From contig JBBTUL010000013.1 in assembly GCA_038063755.1 (NCBI GenBank), forward strand, positions 12,876 through 76,875: a stretch of DNA of 64,000 bases, read 5' to 3'. The notes beneath the pieces are model-generated. The model was not told where the DNA came from. It saw nothing but the letters and a program-made list of their open reading frames with translations, and ran no database searches. The position numbers and the translations under genes were made by a program. Below are positions 7,696-17,031 of this stretch, piece by piece; the stretch's first letter is position 1, and each line of letters starts with the position of its first letter. The stretch comes from Patescibacteria group bacterium. GTDB lineage: Bacteria; Patescibacteriota; Minisyncoccia; UBA6257; 2-01-FULL-56-20.

Positions 7696-9174
7696 ATGGA
7701 ACTTACAAAAAGTGAAAAACAGGCGATAGAAGAGTATCTCGCCCGAAAGGGGCTTCCTTCGGGTTCAGCGCTTACTTTCGACGACGTTGCAATTCCAGAT
7801 CGTTATTCGACGGTGCGATCACGAAGCGAAATTCGCGACTTTAGGTCGTATCTTACGAATTCTTTTCATCTCAACATTCCCATTGTGAGCTCCAACATGG
7901 AGTCGGTTACGGGGGCAGAAATGGCAATCGCGCTTGCGCGAGAGGGCGGACTTGGGTTTCTCCCGCAAATGGTTCCGCTTGAGGCGCGACTCGAAATGAT
8001 CCGGAAGATTAAACGAACCGATTGCGCTTTCATAGAAAAACCGCTTACTATCGGTCCGGAGAAAACTCTCCACGACGCGAAGTGTCTTATGCAGGAGACG
8101 GGAATATCGAGTCTCGTGGTTGTCGACAAGTCTTTCCGTCCGGTCGGGATTCTCTCCACGAGAGACTGGAAATACGAAAAAAACGAGAAGGTAAAAGTGC
8201 GCGATCTCATGGGCGGAAAAAAGAAGCTTATCGTCATGCCAGGCTCGGTGAAATTTGAAAAAGCAGCTACTATGCTTCGCGCGAACAAAGTAGAGAAGCT
8301 TCCGCTCGTGGACAAAAAAGGAAAGCTTACAGGGCTTATCACTGCTCACGGACTTTTTTACACCATGCACTACCCACGCGCACTTAGAGATGATCAGGGA
8401 AGGTTTTTGGCCGCAGCTTCAATCGGCGTTGGCCGAATGTTTGAAAAAAGACACTTAAAAGAGGTCGAGCTACAGCTAAAAGAAGGAGCGAGCATTCTCT
8501 TGATCGATACCGCGCGAGCGTTTTCTGTAAATGCGGTTGAAGCATTAAAGGCGATTAAAAAAACATTCCCAAAGCTCCCCGTGGTTATTGGAAATGTGTG
8601 CACTCCCGAAGGGGCAAAACTGCTTTTCGAGAATGGCGCGGATGCGGTTAAGGTGAATCAAGGGAGGGGACACGTATGCCGAACATCCGAGATGGGGGTC
8701 GGCATACCGCAACTTACGGCAATCGCGAAATGCTCGGTTATCGCCAAGCAGTACGGGGGGAAGATTGTTGGCGATGGCGGCATGAAGAATGTAGGAGACA
8801 TGGTAAAAGCCCTGGCGGCAGGGGCGGACGTGCTCATGACGGGGTATCTCCTCGTGGGGACAAACGAGTCTGCTGCCCAAACGTATGTAAACAGGAGAGG
8901 TCTTCCGGTAAAAAACTATGAAGGGTCAGCTTCGTTTCATGCGCAAGCGAAGCGTATTACGAGAGGAAATTTGGATCGACTTCGGAGGCCGGAAGGGGTG
9001 ACAGAGGAGGTTCCCGTCGTAGGGAGCGTTGCCGAAAAAATTGAAGATATGCTGAATGCTTTTCGTTCGGCGATGAGCTATTCCGGCGTCCGGACGATCA
9101 AGGAGCTTCAGGAGGATGTTGTTTTTGAGAAGCAAACACGAGCAGGACTCGTCGAGGGGACGAAGGGCGAATAA
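7696..9174 (+). CDS. guaB: IMP dehydrogenase family (IMPDH/GuaB) with a CBS pair
   Basis: LTFDDVAIPDRYS, IPIVSSNMESVTGAEMAIALAREGGLGF, a CBS-like insert, and the catalytic loop NQGRGHVCRTSEMGVGIPQ. Confidence 0.8.
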   Translation: MELTKSEKQAIEEYLARKGLPSGSALTFDDVAIPDRYSTVRSRSEIRDFRSYLTNSFHLNIPIVSSNMESVTGAEMAIALAREGGLGFLPQMVPLEARLEMIRKIKRTDCAFIEKPLTIGPEKTLHDAKCLMQETGISSLVVVDKSFRPVGILSTRDWKYEKNEKVKVRDLMGGKKKLIVMPGSVKFEKAATMLRANKVEKLPLVDKKGKLTGLITAHGLFYTMHYPRALRDDQGRFLAAASIGVGRMFEKRHLKEVELQLKEGASILLIDTARAFSVNAVEALKAIKKTFPKLPVVIGNVCTPEGAKLLFENGADAVKVNQGRGHVCRTSEMGVGIPQLTAIAKCSVIAKQYGGKIVGDGGMKNVGDMVKALAAGADVLMTGYLLVGTNESAAQTYVNRRGLPVKNYEGSASFHAQAKRITRGNLDRLRRPEGVTEEVPVVGSVAEKIEDMLNAFRSAMSYSGVRTIKELQEDVVFEKQTRAGLVEGTKGE

Positions 9175-9264
9175 CCCCTTAATTTTCAAGCATTTTCCGA
9201 ACAAAGTTGGTTTGTGTTTTCCGGTTTTTTCATGTTAAAATAAGTGCTGAGAACGAGCTGTTTT

Positions 9265-11217
9265 ATGGCAAAAAAAGGAGCAAAAATCGAAGATGGGAAA
9301 AAGAAAAAGCAGGACATAAATCCTTCATACGACGCGAAGGATATTTACGTTTTGGAGGGTCTCGATCCAGTGCGAAAGCGTCCGGGAATGTATATTGGTT
9401 CGACTGGACCGGACGGATTGCATCATCTTATTTGGGAAGTCGTAGACAATTCGATCGATGAGGCGATGGCGGGACATGCAAAAACTATTACCGTAGAACT
9501 TTTACCAGGGAATCAGATTGCGGTTCAGGATGATGGACGCGGCATTCCAATCGACATTCATCCGCAAACGAAAAAATCAGCACTTGAGACCGTAATGACC
9601 ACGCTCCATGCCGGAGGAAAATTCGGGGGATCCGGATATAAGGTCTCCGGTGGCCTTCACGGCGTCGGTGCATCCGTGGTAAACGCTCTTTCCGAGTGGA
9701 TGCGTGTTGAGGTTTGTCGTGATGGGGGACTCTACGTGCAAGAGTACAAACAAGGAAAACCGACAAGCAAGGTAAAAAAGGTTTCCTCATGTTCCGCGAC
9801 GGGAACGAAATCGATCTTCTCGCCTGATCCATCCATCTTTTCGACAATCGAATTTAACGAGAAACGTATCATCGAGCGATTGCGGCAAGAGGCATATCTT
9901 ACAAAAGGCGTTCGTATCCATTTCATCAATCGCATCGAGGAGCAAATAGAGGCTTATGGTTTTTACTTTGAAGGAGGGCTTCTTTCGTTTATTAAGTATC
10001 TTACGAGGAACGAAAAACCACTTCAAGACGATATTTTCTACGTGCACAAAACACAGGAGAATTTAGAAGTTGAGTCGGCATTTCTGTATGTTGATGATAT
10101 CGAGACGCGAGAGTTGAGTTTCGCAAACCATGTGCATACGCCGGACGGCGGCATGCATCTTACTGGATTTCGTTCGGCGCTTACCCGCACCATCAACAAC
10201 TATGCTCGAGGGGAAGGATATCTGAAGGAAAAAGATGAGAATTTCACAAGCGATGATACGCGAGAAGGTCTTGCGGCGGTTGTTTCGGTAAAACTTCAAA
10301 ATCCGCAGTTTGAGGGACAGACCAAGAATCGACTAGGAAATCCAGATGCGCGGACTGCGGTTGAGGCGGTTATCAATGATTCGCTGAAAGAATTTCTCGA
10401 AAAGCATCCGCAAGAAGCGCGGGGAATTATTGAGAAGGTGATGCTTGCGGCAAAAGCCAGACGAGCGGCGAAAGCGGCGAAGGAGACCGTTCTTCGCAAA
10501 GGCGCGCTCGAAGGCTCGGCTCTTCCCGGCAAGCTTGCGGATTGTACGTCGCGACATCCTGAAGAGTCAGAAATTTTTATTGTAGAAGGAGATTCTGCCG
10601 GCGGTAGCGCGAAGTCGGGGAGAGATAGGCGGACCCAGGCAATTCTGCCGCTCAAGGGAAAGATATTAAACGTCGAGAGGGCCAGACTCGACAAGATGCT
10701 TGCAAATCAAGAAATACGCTCCCTCGTAATCGCGATGGGCGCGGCAATCGGAGACGAGTTTGATATCCAAAAAGTCAGATATCATAAGATAATCCTTATG
10801 ACCGATGCGGATGTGGACGGTGCTCATATCAGGACCTTGCTTCTTACGCTTTTTTACCGTCATTTCCCAAAAGTCATCGAGGCCGGATACCTATATATTG
10901 CCCAGCCACCGCTTTTCCGCTTGCAGTCCGGGAAAGAAGTGAAATATGCTTTTAGTGATGCCGAACGGGATGCGCTTACGAAACAATTCAAAGGACAGAC
11001 CGTGATCGTCAGTCGCTATAAGGGCTTGGGAGAAATGAACCCCGAACAGCTTTGGGAGACAACCATGAACCCAGAAAATCGTGTTATGAAGCAAGTTGGG
11101 GTCCAGGACGCGGAAGAGGCGGATCGAATGTTCGACGTGCTTATGGGAGACGAAGTTGCTCCACGCAAGCATTTTATCCAGACACATGCCGCGAGTGTTC
11201 GAAATCTTGACATTTAA
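9265..11217 (+). CDS. gyrB: DNA gyrase subunit B
   Basis: YDAKDIYVLEGLDPVRKRPGMYIGST, GLHHLIWEVVDNSIDEA, a Toprim region, and a C-terminal domain ending in ..NLDI. Confidence 0.95.
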   Translation: MAKKGAKIEDGKKKKQDINPSYDAKDIYVLEGLDPVRKRPGMYIGSTGPDGLHHLIWEVVDNSIDEAMAGHAKTITVELLPGNQIAVQDDGRGIPIDIHPQTKKSALETVMTTLHAGGKFGGSGYKVSGGLHGVGASVVNALSEWMRVEVCRDGGLYVQEYKQGKPTSKVKKVSSCSATGTKSIFSPDPSIFSTIEFNEKRIIERLRQEAYLTKGVRIHFINRIEEQIEAYGFYFEGGLLSFIKYLTRNEKPLQDDIFYVHKTQENLEVESAFLYVDDIETRELSFANHVHTPDGGMHLTGFRSALTRTINNYARGEGYLKEKDENFTSDDTREGLAAVVSVKLQNPQFEGQTKNRLGNPDARTAVEAVINDSLKEFLEKHPQEARGIIEKVMLAAKARRAAKAAKETVLRKGALEGSALPGKLADCTSRHPEESEIFIVEGDSAGGSAKSGRDRRTQAILPLKGKILNVERARLDKMLANQEIRSLVIAMGAAIGDEFDIQKVRYHKIILMTDADVDGAHIRTLLLTLFYRHFPKVIEAGYLYIAQPPLFRLQSGKEVKYAFSDAERDALTKQFKGQTVIVSRYKGLGEMNPEQLWETTMNPENRVMKQVGVQDAEEADRMFDVLMGDEVAPRKHFIQTHAASVRNLDI

Positions 11218-11244
11218 TATTTAAATCATTACCATAGAGACCAC

Positions 11245-11436
11245 ATGTTTACGAAGATCAAAAACTTCTTTCTTGAATCGAAGCAAGAGCTGGAACAGGT
11301 CCGATGGCCCACCAGAAAAGAAGGGGTATATCTTACGGGAGTCGTTATCTTTGTCTCTCTCATTTTTGCAGTTTTCTTAGGTGCTTTCGATTACCTTTTT
11401 TCATACGCGCTAAAAGTCTTTGTGCTTAAATCTTAG
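11245..11436 (+). CDS. secE: preprotein translocase subunit SecE
   Basis: 63 aa with a single C-terminal TM helix. Sits immediately upstream of nusG and rplK, which is the conserved position. Confidence 0.7.
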   Translation: MFTKIKNFFLESKQELEQVRWPTRKEGVYLTGVVIFVSLIFAVFLGAFDYLFSYALKVFVLKS

Positions 11437-11444
11437 ATAACGCC

Positions 11445-12002
11445 ATGACAAAAAACGCTGAAATCAATCAAGAGGCGAAGCCACAGTGGTTTGCGGTCCA
11501 TACCTATTCCGGATACGAAGAGGCGGTCGCGCGCTACCTTCGACAGCGCGTAGAGTCGCTCTCAATGGAGAATAAAATCTTCGACGTTATTGTTCCCGTG
11601 GAGAAAAAAATAAAAGTGAAGAGCGGGAGGAGAACTACCGTCGAAGAGAAAATTTATCCAGGCTATGTCTTGGTCCGAATGATTCTTGCGGAAGATTCCT
11701 GGTATGTAGTCCGAAATACGCCCCGTGTAACCGGATTTGTCGGTGCTGACAACACCAAGCCAACGCCGCTTTCGGAGGAGGAGGTAGAGTCGCTCTTGAA
11801 TCGGATGGGTCGAGACGAAGACAAGTTTAATGTTGACCTCCGTGCGGGAGATCTTGTAAAGATCATTGACGGACCATTCAAGGAATACGACGGAAAGGTT
11901 TCTGAAGTCGACGAAGCCCGCGGTCGGGTAAAAGTGATGGTTCCGGTTTTCGGTAGAGACACCGCAATAGAGCTCGATTCTTTGCAGGTTAAGAAGGTGT
12001 AG
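11445..12002 (+). CDS. nusG: transcription termination/antitermination factor NusG
   Basis: NGN domain (WFAVHTYSGYE..) and a C-terminal KOW motif (GDLVKIIDGPFKEYDGKV). Confidence 0.9.
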   Translation: MTKNAEINQEAKPQWFAVHTYSGYEEAVARYLRQRVESLSMENKIFDVIVPVEKKIKVKSGRRTTVEEKIYPGYVLVRMILAEDSWYVVRNTPRVTGFVGADNTKPTPLSEEEVESLLNRMGRDEDKFNVDLRAGDLVKIIDGPFKEYDGKVSEVDEARGRVKVMVPVFGRDTAIELDSLQVKKV

Positions 12003-12043
12003 AGCTTGCAAACTTTAATTACGATTGATACTATTAGCCAACA

Positions 12044-12469
12044 ATGGCAAAGCCAATTAAGACAGTATTAAAATTGCAAATCGAAGCCGCCAAGGCAAAT
12101 CCAGCGCCACCGATCGGTCCGGCGCTTGGTCAGCACGGGGTAAATATTCAGGATTTCTGTAAGCAATTCAACGAGGCGACGAAAGAGATGGTAGGGGATG
12201 TTGTTCCGGCCGAAATTACGATCTACGACGACAGAAGCTTCACTTTTGTCCTCAAGACATCTCCCGCGTCCGCGCTTCTGCGGAAGGCCGCAGGAGTTGA
12301 GAAAGGATCCGCCGATCCCCTAAAGCAGAAAATTGGGAAGGTGACAAGAGCTCAGGTTATGGAAATTGCCGAAAAAAAGATGGTTGATCTGAATGCAAAC
12401 GACGTTCATGCAGCGATGAAGGTGGTAGAGGGTACAGCCCGCAGCATGGGAATAGAGATTACGGGGTAA
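12044..12469 (+). CDS. rplK: 50S ribosomal protein L11
   Basis: [34 protein letters not shown], the canonical L11 N-terminus. Confidence 0.95.
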   Translation: MAKPIKTVLKLQIEAAKANPAPPIGPALGQHGVNIQDFCKQFNEATKEMVGDVVPAEITIYDDRSFTFVLKTSPASALLRKAAGVEKGSADPLKQKIGKVTRAQVMEIAEKKMVDLNANDVHAAMKVVEGTARSMGIEITG

Positions 12470-12540
12470 TCCGGCTCGATCCCGCCCGCTAGCGACCCAA
12501 GGGAACAGAGACACAATAGACCAGAGTGACATGAAACAAG

Positions 12541-12579
12541 ATCCCGCCCCGACGAAAGTCGGGGCGGGATTTCTTTTTG
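12541..12579 (+). terminator. rho-independent terminator after rplK
   Basis: Perfect 10-bp stem ATCCCGCCCC/GGGGCGGGAT with a 10-nt loop, followed by TTCTTTTTG. Confidence 0.7.
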
Positions 12580-12604
12580 CTCAGAACTAAAATACAATAC
12601 GACC

Positions 12605-13294
12605 ATGAGGAAAAAAGGAAAGTTTTTTGTTATCGAGGGAACAGACGGCTCCGGGAAAACTGCGCAATTTCGGAAGCTTGTTGAGCGGCTAAAGAAGGAT
12701 GGGCGCGACGTTGCCACGTTCGACTTCCCTCAGTACGACAAAGAGTCGTCTTATTTTGTCCGAGAGTATTTAAACGGCAGATACGGGACGGTAAAGGAAG
12801 TAGGACCATACAAGGCATCGCTTTTTTATGCGCTCGATAGATTTGACGTCGCCCCACAGCTCAAAGAATGGAGAGAGAAGAGAATGGTGATTGTCAGCAA
12901 TCGTTATGTTGCGTCGAATATGGGTCATCAGGGAGCAAAAATAAAAAGCGGGAAAAAGAGGAGCGAATTTTTTGTCTGGCTTCACGACCTCGAGCATAAG
13001 GTTCTTGGCATTCCTCGACCGGATCTTACGGTAATTCTTCATGTTCCGGCAAAGATTTCACAGAAACTTGTCGACAAGAAAGGGAAAAGGAAGTATATCG
13101 GTGGAGCGAAGCGGGACATTCATGAAGCAGATCTTTCACATTTAAAACAAGCCGAAAGCGCGTACATAGAGATGGCGAAGGCCTTTCCGGGAGAGGTTCG
13201 CCTTATTGAATGCGTAAAAAACGGAAAGCTTCTTTCAATCGAGGATATTCATGAGCTTCTGTGGGGCGTTGTTTGCGAGTATCTAAAAAAATAA
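12605..13294 (+). CDS. tmk: thymidylate kinase
   Basis: P-loop FFVIEGTDGSGKTAQ and a DRY/lid region (VSNRYVASN). Confidence 0.85.
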   Translation: MRKKGKFFVIEGTDGSGKTAQFRKLVERLKKDGRDVATFDFPQYDKESSYFVREYLNGRYGTVKEVGPYKASLFYALDRFDVAPQLKEWREKRMVIVSNRYVASNMGHQGAKIKSGKKRSEFFVWLHDLEHKVLGIPRPDLTVILHVPAKISQKLVDKKGKRKYIGGAKRDIHEADLSHLKQAESAYIEMAKAFPGEVRLIECVKNGKLLSIEDIHELLWGVVCEYLKK

Positions 13295-13320
13295 AAACCG
13301 CCTTATTACGGGGCGGTTTG
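13295..13320. terminator. hairpin between the convergent tmk and HD-hydrolase genes, a candidate bidirectional terminator
   Basis: AACCGCC-ttattacgg-GGCGGTT flanked by an A-run and a T-run. It overlaps the stop region of the minus-strand gene. Confidence 0.4.
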
Positions 13321-14649
13321 GACGATGCCGAGAAGATGGTCCTGGATGAGTTTCGCGTATTTTGGGCTGCTCGCCCTCGCACGAAACTCCTCGGCGACAC
13401 ACACGCGAAGCGCCTGCTGCGATCGCGCCGTCTCGACGAGGCTCTCGAAGTGCTCCGGCCGCATGCTCTGGAGCGAGTCATAAAGACCGCTTGACGAATT
13501 GTATACAGGAATATCTTGCGGTTTGAATTTCTCGCTTCCGGAGACACCCAGGATGACAACGGATGTTTCTGGGATCCCGATGAGTCTTGCGATTTCTCGC
13601 TCGACAGCATCCAGGTAATACATTGACTTCCCATTAACCTTCGGATGCCCTGCAAGCCGCTCAATTACTTCTCTTGGGACACCTACGGTTGTCCGATGTT
13701 TCGTAGATCGGCGATTCGCATAGACAAATTCTTCAGGCCGCAGGGCAAAAGCTTCCTTAAAGAGGTTGCGTACCCTGAACCTCTCATAGAGATATTGCAC
13801 GTCTGGATTTTCCGAAAAAGAAATTCTTCCGATGAGCTCGGAGTCCGTGAGTCCTTCGAGGATATGTGGCTCCAGCTCCTTGCGTGAGAGTAGATAATAG
13901 ATTGTTTTTTGGAGCATTCGCTCTACGATGGCGGATGTCATTCTTAGATATACATTTTTATACATCTTGAGATAGAACATCTGAAGGTCGAGCGCATGAT
14001 CTGCTGCTTTTTCGTCGATTGCAAGGACTTTCCCATCGAGAAGGTAGATGTGCTTTTCGAGGAAGTCAAGTCCAACCGGTGCGCTGCGAATTGTAACCAG
14101 GCCGTCCCTTTCGAGATAGTCGCGCTTGTCCGCTCCTAGGTTTCGGCAGCTCACAATCTGATGACGTGGGTCCTCGTGCCTTGCAAGCGCAAGAACTTTT
14201 TCAGGGTCTACCCCACAAGACTCAATCGCGCTTCGGATCTCAAGGATGCGAAGAACGCTCAACCTGCTGTTTACGCTCATATCGCTAGGACCTGGCGGTT
14301 TGAAGAATGCCTCGGAAAGGTGAGAGTATGGACCGTGCCCCAGGTCATGACAAGCTGCATAAGCCTCGACTGCTCTTCCGGTGTCACTATCGATAAGATT
14401 GAGGTCCACGAGTCTTTGAACCAGACCCCTTGTTCTCTGATATACGCCAATCGAGTGCGCTAACCTTGAGTGGGTTGCGCTCGGAAAGACGACGTATGTC
14501 GCGCCGAGCTGATGTCTTCCGCTCAACAATTGGAACTGTCTTGTCGAGACAATCGGCAAAATCGGCCGAATATCGATTGATCCCAAGACGGGATCGGAGA
14601 TTGTCTTCGGCGACCTGATCGGCTTTCCCACAGAGCCTCCATAAATCAA
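13306..14649 (-). CDS. dGTP triphosphohydrolase-like HD-domain phosphohydrolase (Dgt family)
   Basis: HD motif context THSRLAHSIGVYQ and AACHDLGHGPYSH, typical of the Dgt / SAMHD1-like dNTPase superfamily. Confidence 0.75.
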   Translation of the reverse strand: MIYGGSVGKPIRSPKTISDPVLGSIDIRPILPIVSTRQFQLLSGRHQLGATYVVFPSATHSRLAHSIGVYQRTRGLVQRLVDLNLIDSDTGRAVEAYAACHDLGHGPYSHLSEAFFKPPGPSDMSVNSRLSVLRILEIRSAIESCGVDPEKVLALARHEDPRHQIVSCRNLGADKRDYLERDGLVTIRSAPVGLDFLEKHIYLLDGKVLAIDEKAADHALDLQMFYLKMYKNVYLRMTSAIVERMLQKTIYYLLSRKELEPHILEGLTDSELIGRISFSENPDVQYLYERFRVRNLFKEAFALRPEEFVYANRRSTKHRTTVGVPREVIERLAGHPKVNGKSMYYLDAVEREIARLIGIPETSVVILGVSGSEKFKPQDIPVYNSSSGLYDSLQSMRPEHFESLVETARSQQALRVCVAEEFRARASSPKYAKLIQDHLLGIVQTAP

Positions 14650-14741
14650 GATTCTGCGATTACCATATCGGGATTCGTGAGAAGTTGCAAGCGGTTTTGA
14701 ACTGTTTGCCGCGAAGGTGATACAATGGCACTATCACGATT

Positions 14742-16178
14742 ATGAAGGAACATGTTTCGACAATCGGGCTTGAGATTCATGCGGAGCTCAACACGAGAAC
14801 AAAGATGTTTTGTGATTCTTTGAATGATCCGCACGAGAAAGAGCCGAACCAGAATGTTTGCCCGGTATGTCTTGGTCATCCAGGAGCGCTACCGACGATA
14901 AACAAAAAAGCGATTGAGCATGTTATCCGAACGGGACTTGCGCTTGGCGGGAAAATTGCCGAGCGGACAAAGTTTGATCGCAAAAACTACTTTTACCCAG
15001 ATCTTCCGAAGGGTTACCAGATTTCCCAGTACGACGAACCCCTTGTTTTAGGCGGAGAGCTTTGCGGTGCGCGAATCAAGAGAATTCACCTCGAAGAGGA
15101 TGCCGGGAATCTTATCCATCAAGACGGGCAGAGCCTTGCGGACTACAATCGAGCCGGAGTGCCGCTCATGGAGCTCGTGACAGAGCCGGATATTCGAAGC
15201 GCAGAACAGGCGGTTTTATTTGCAAAAGAACTGCAGCGCATCTTTCGCTATCTTGGCGTTTCTCACGCGAACATGGAGAAAGGGGAGATGCGCGTTGAGG
15301 TGAACATCAGCCTCGACATGGGAACGAAGGTCGAGGTTAAAAACTTGAATTCATTTCGCGCGGTTGAAGGGGCAATACGGTTCGAAGCCGAGAGGCAAAA
15401 AAAGGCGCTTGAAAGCGGCGAGAAAATCATACAAGAGACGCGAGGGTGGGACGACGTGAAGCGGAAGACCATAAGTCAGCGTTCAAAGGAGGAGGCGCAG
15501 GATTATCGCTATTTTCCTGAGCCGGATCTGCCATCATTTACAACTGACGTATTTGACATCGACCGTCTCCGGCTAGAACTGTCGGAACTTCCCCAAGAGA
15601 AACGCGAGCGGTTTATAAAAGAATTCTCGCTTTCTTCCGATCAGGCAGATGTCTTAATAGAAGAAAAGCGTATGGCAGACTACTTCGAAGAGGCGACAAG
15701 CGAACTTGCGGAGAGGGAAAGCGCAGAGGAAGAGGGGATGGAGGGGAAAAAGCGATCTTTTGCGCTTCTTAATAATTATCTTACGAGTGATCTTAAGGGT
15801 CTTTTAAATGTGAGGAAAATTGAGATGCAGGATATGAAGGTGGGTCCAGGGCACCTTGCGCATCTTATCGACCTCATTGCCGACGGCAAAATAACAAGCC
15901 GGCAAGCGAAGGACATGCTCGTGATAATGATTGAAGAGGGCGTCGATCCGGAAGAGATAATGAAAACTCGCGGGTTTGGAACGGTAACCGACGAAGGAGT
16001 TCTTGCTGCAGCGGCGCGCGAAGTGGTTGCGGAAAACGAGAAAGCTGTTTCTGACTACTTAGCAGGAAAAGAAGCTTCGCTACAGTTTCTTATCGGGCAG
16101 GTTATGAAGAGGCTTAAGGGAAGGGGAGAGCCTGCGGTTATTGCCGAACTCTTGAGGCGAGTCATGAGGGGCGAATGA
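14742..16178 (+). CDS. gatB: Asp-tRNA(Asn)/Glu-tRNA(Gln) amidotransferase subunit B
   Basis: IGLEIHAELNTRTKMFC and PDLPKGYQISQYDEPL, plus the C-terminal YqeY-like domain. No gatA or gatC is adjacent. Confidence 0.9.
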   Translation: MKEHVSTIGLEIHAELNTRTKMFCDSLNDPHEKEPNQNVCPVCLGHPGALPTINKKAIEHVIRTGLALGGKIAERTKFDRKNYFYPDLPKGYQISQYDEPLVLGGELCGARIKRIHLEEDAGNLIHQDGQSLADYNRAGVPLMELVTEPDIRSAEQAVLFAKELQRIFRYLGVSHANMEKGEMRVEVNISLDMGTKVEVKNLNSFRAVEGAIRFEAERQKKALESGEKIIQETRGWDDVKRKTISQRSKEEAQDYRYFPEPDLPSFTTDVFDIDRLRLELSELPQEKRERFIKEFSLSSDQADVLIEEKRMADYFEEATSELAERESAEEEGMEGKKRSFALLNNYLTSDLKGLLNVRKIEMQDMKVGPGHLAHLIDLIADGKITSRQAKDMLVIMIEEGVDPEEIMKTRGFGTVTDEGVLAAAAREVVAENEKAVSDYLAGKEASLQFLIGQVMKRLKGRGEPAVIAELLRRVMRGE

Positions 16179-16236
16179 TTCTTGCGCGCAAGGTTTTCTC
16201 GGAATAGGCTGAAATAAGCATATTCCGAGAAAAGGG

Positions 16237-17031
16237 ATGGAGGTGCTTATGAGAGTCCTTCGGACCGTCTTTGTCCTGCTTCTTTTCTTTACATCTTTCG
16301 CTTATGCCCGAGAACCCACAAGGGTTTGCGGCAGGAAGGATTGGAAGAGTCTTTCGTTTGAGGATGTGCGTGCGCTTAAGACCGTGAGTCTTAAGGGCGG
16401 GACTTGTTCGATTCTTTACGAGAATCTTGCTGCCGATCACAAGAAATGGAGCCGGGTGTTTACCGAAAAGGATGCAGAAGCACTTCGTGCTTCTGGTGAT
16501 CTTGTTTCGTTGCCGCGCGAAGGAGATTTCGGATACGAGTTTGTCCGGTACCATCCGGACTTCGACAAAGAACGAAGGTGGACAAGGCCGCTGGCAAAAG
16601 CGGTACTACTTGATCTTGTCGCAGAGCCATTCTTTGAAGAATTTGGAGTTCCACTCCCCATAAATGCAAGCTTGCGAACAGTTGAGTTTCAAAGGAGGCT
16701 TGCGAAGAAGAATAAAAATGCCGCATCGTCCGTAGGACTTCTTCCAGGTTCGCACTCGCGGGGGGCGACATTCGACATTGGAAAGTATCGCTACCCGGCT
16801 TGGATTCTTGGGCCGAAACCGGAAAGCGAGCTTCGAAAGTTGCGGAAGGAACTCCCGGAGAAAGAGTGGAGGCTTTCGAACGAAGAGGTGATGTGGTTAA
16901 GAACTAGGCTGTTGGTTCTTGAGTCTTGCGGAGTTATTGAGGCAGTCGAAGAGTTCTTTCAGGCAAATTTTCACCTTGAAGTGATAGGAGATGTCGATGC
17001 TCTCTATGCTTGTTTCTTTCCTGAATCCTAA
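16237..17031 (+). CDS. secreted protein, possibly LAS/M15-family metallopeptidase-like
   Basis: Signal peptide and an H-x6-D motif (SHSRGATFDI) with a downstream His (HLEV). Weak match. Confidence 0.4.
   Translation: MEVLMRVLRTVFVLLLFFTSFAYAREPTRVCGRKDWKSLSFEDVRALKTVSLKGGTCSILYENLAADHKKWSRVFTEKDAEALRASGDLVSLPREGDFGYEFVRYHPDFDKERRWTRPLAKAVLLDLVAEPFFEEFGVPLPINASLRTVEFQRRLAKKNKNAASSVGLLPGSHSRGATFDIGKYRYPAWILGPKPESELRKLRKELPEKEWRLSNEEVMWLRTRLLVLESCGVIEAVEEFFQANFHLEVIGDVDALYACFFPES

Noticed and set aside
7819-8370. Antisense ORFs of 183 and 158 aa inside guaB.
   Set aside because: They are embedded in a well-supported IMPDH gene. Long antisense ORFs are typical in GC-balanced coding DNA.
9207-9461. 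84-aa ORF overlapping the gyrB start.
   Set aside because: It is out of frame to gyrB and has basic, low-complexity composition.
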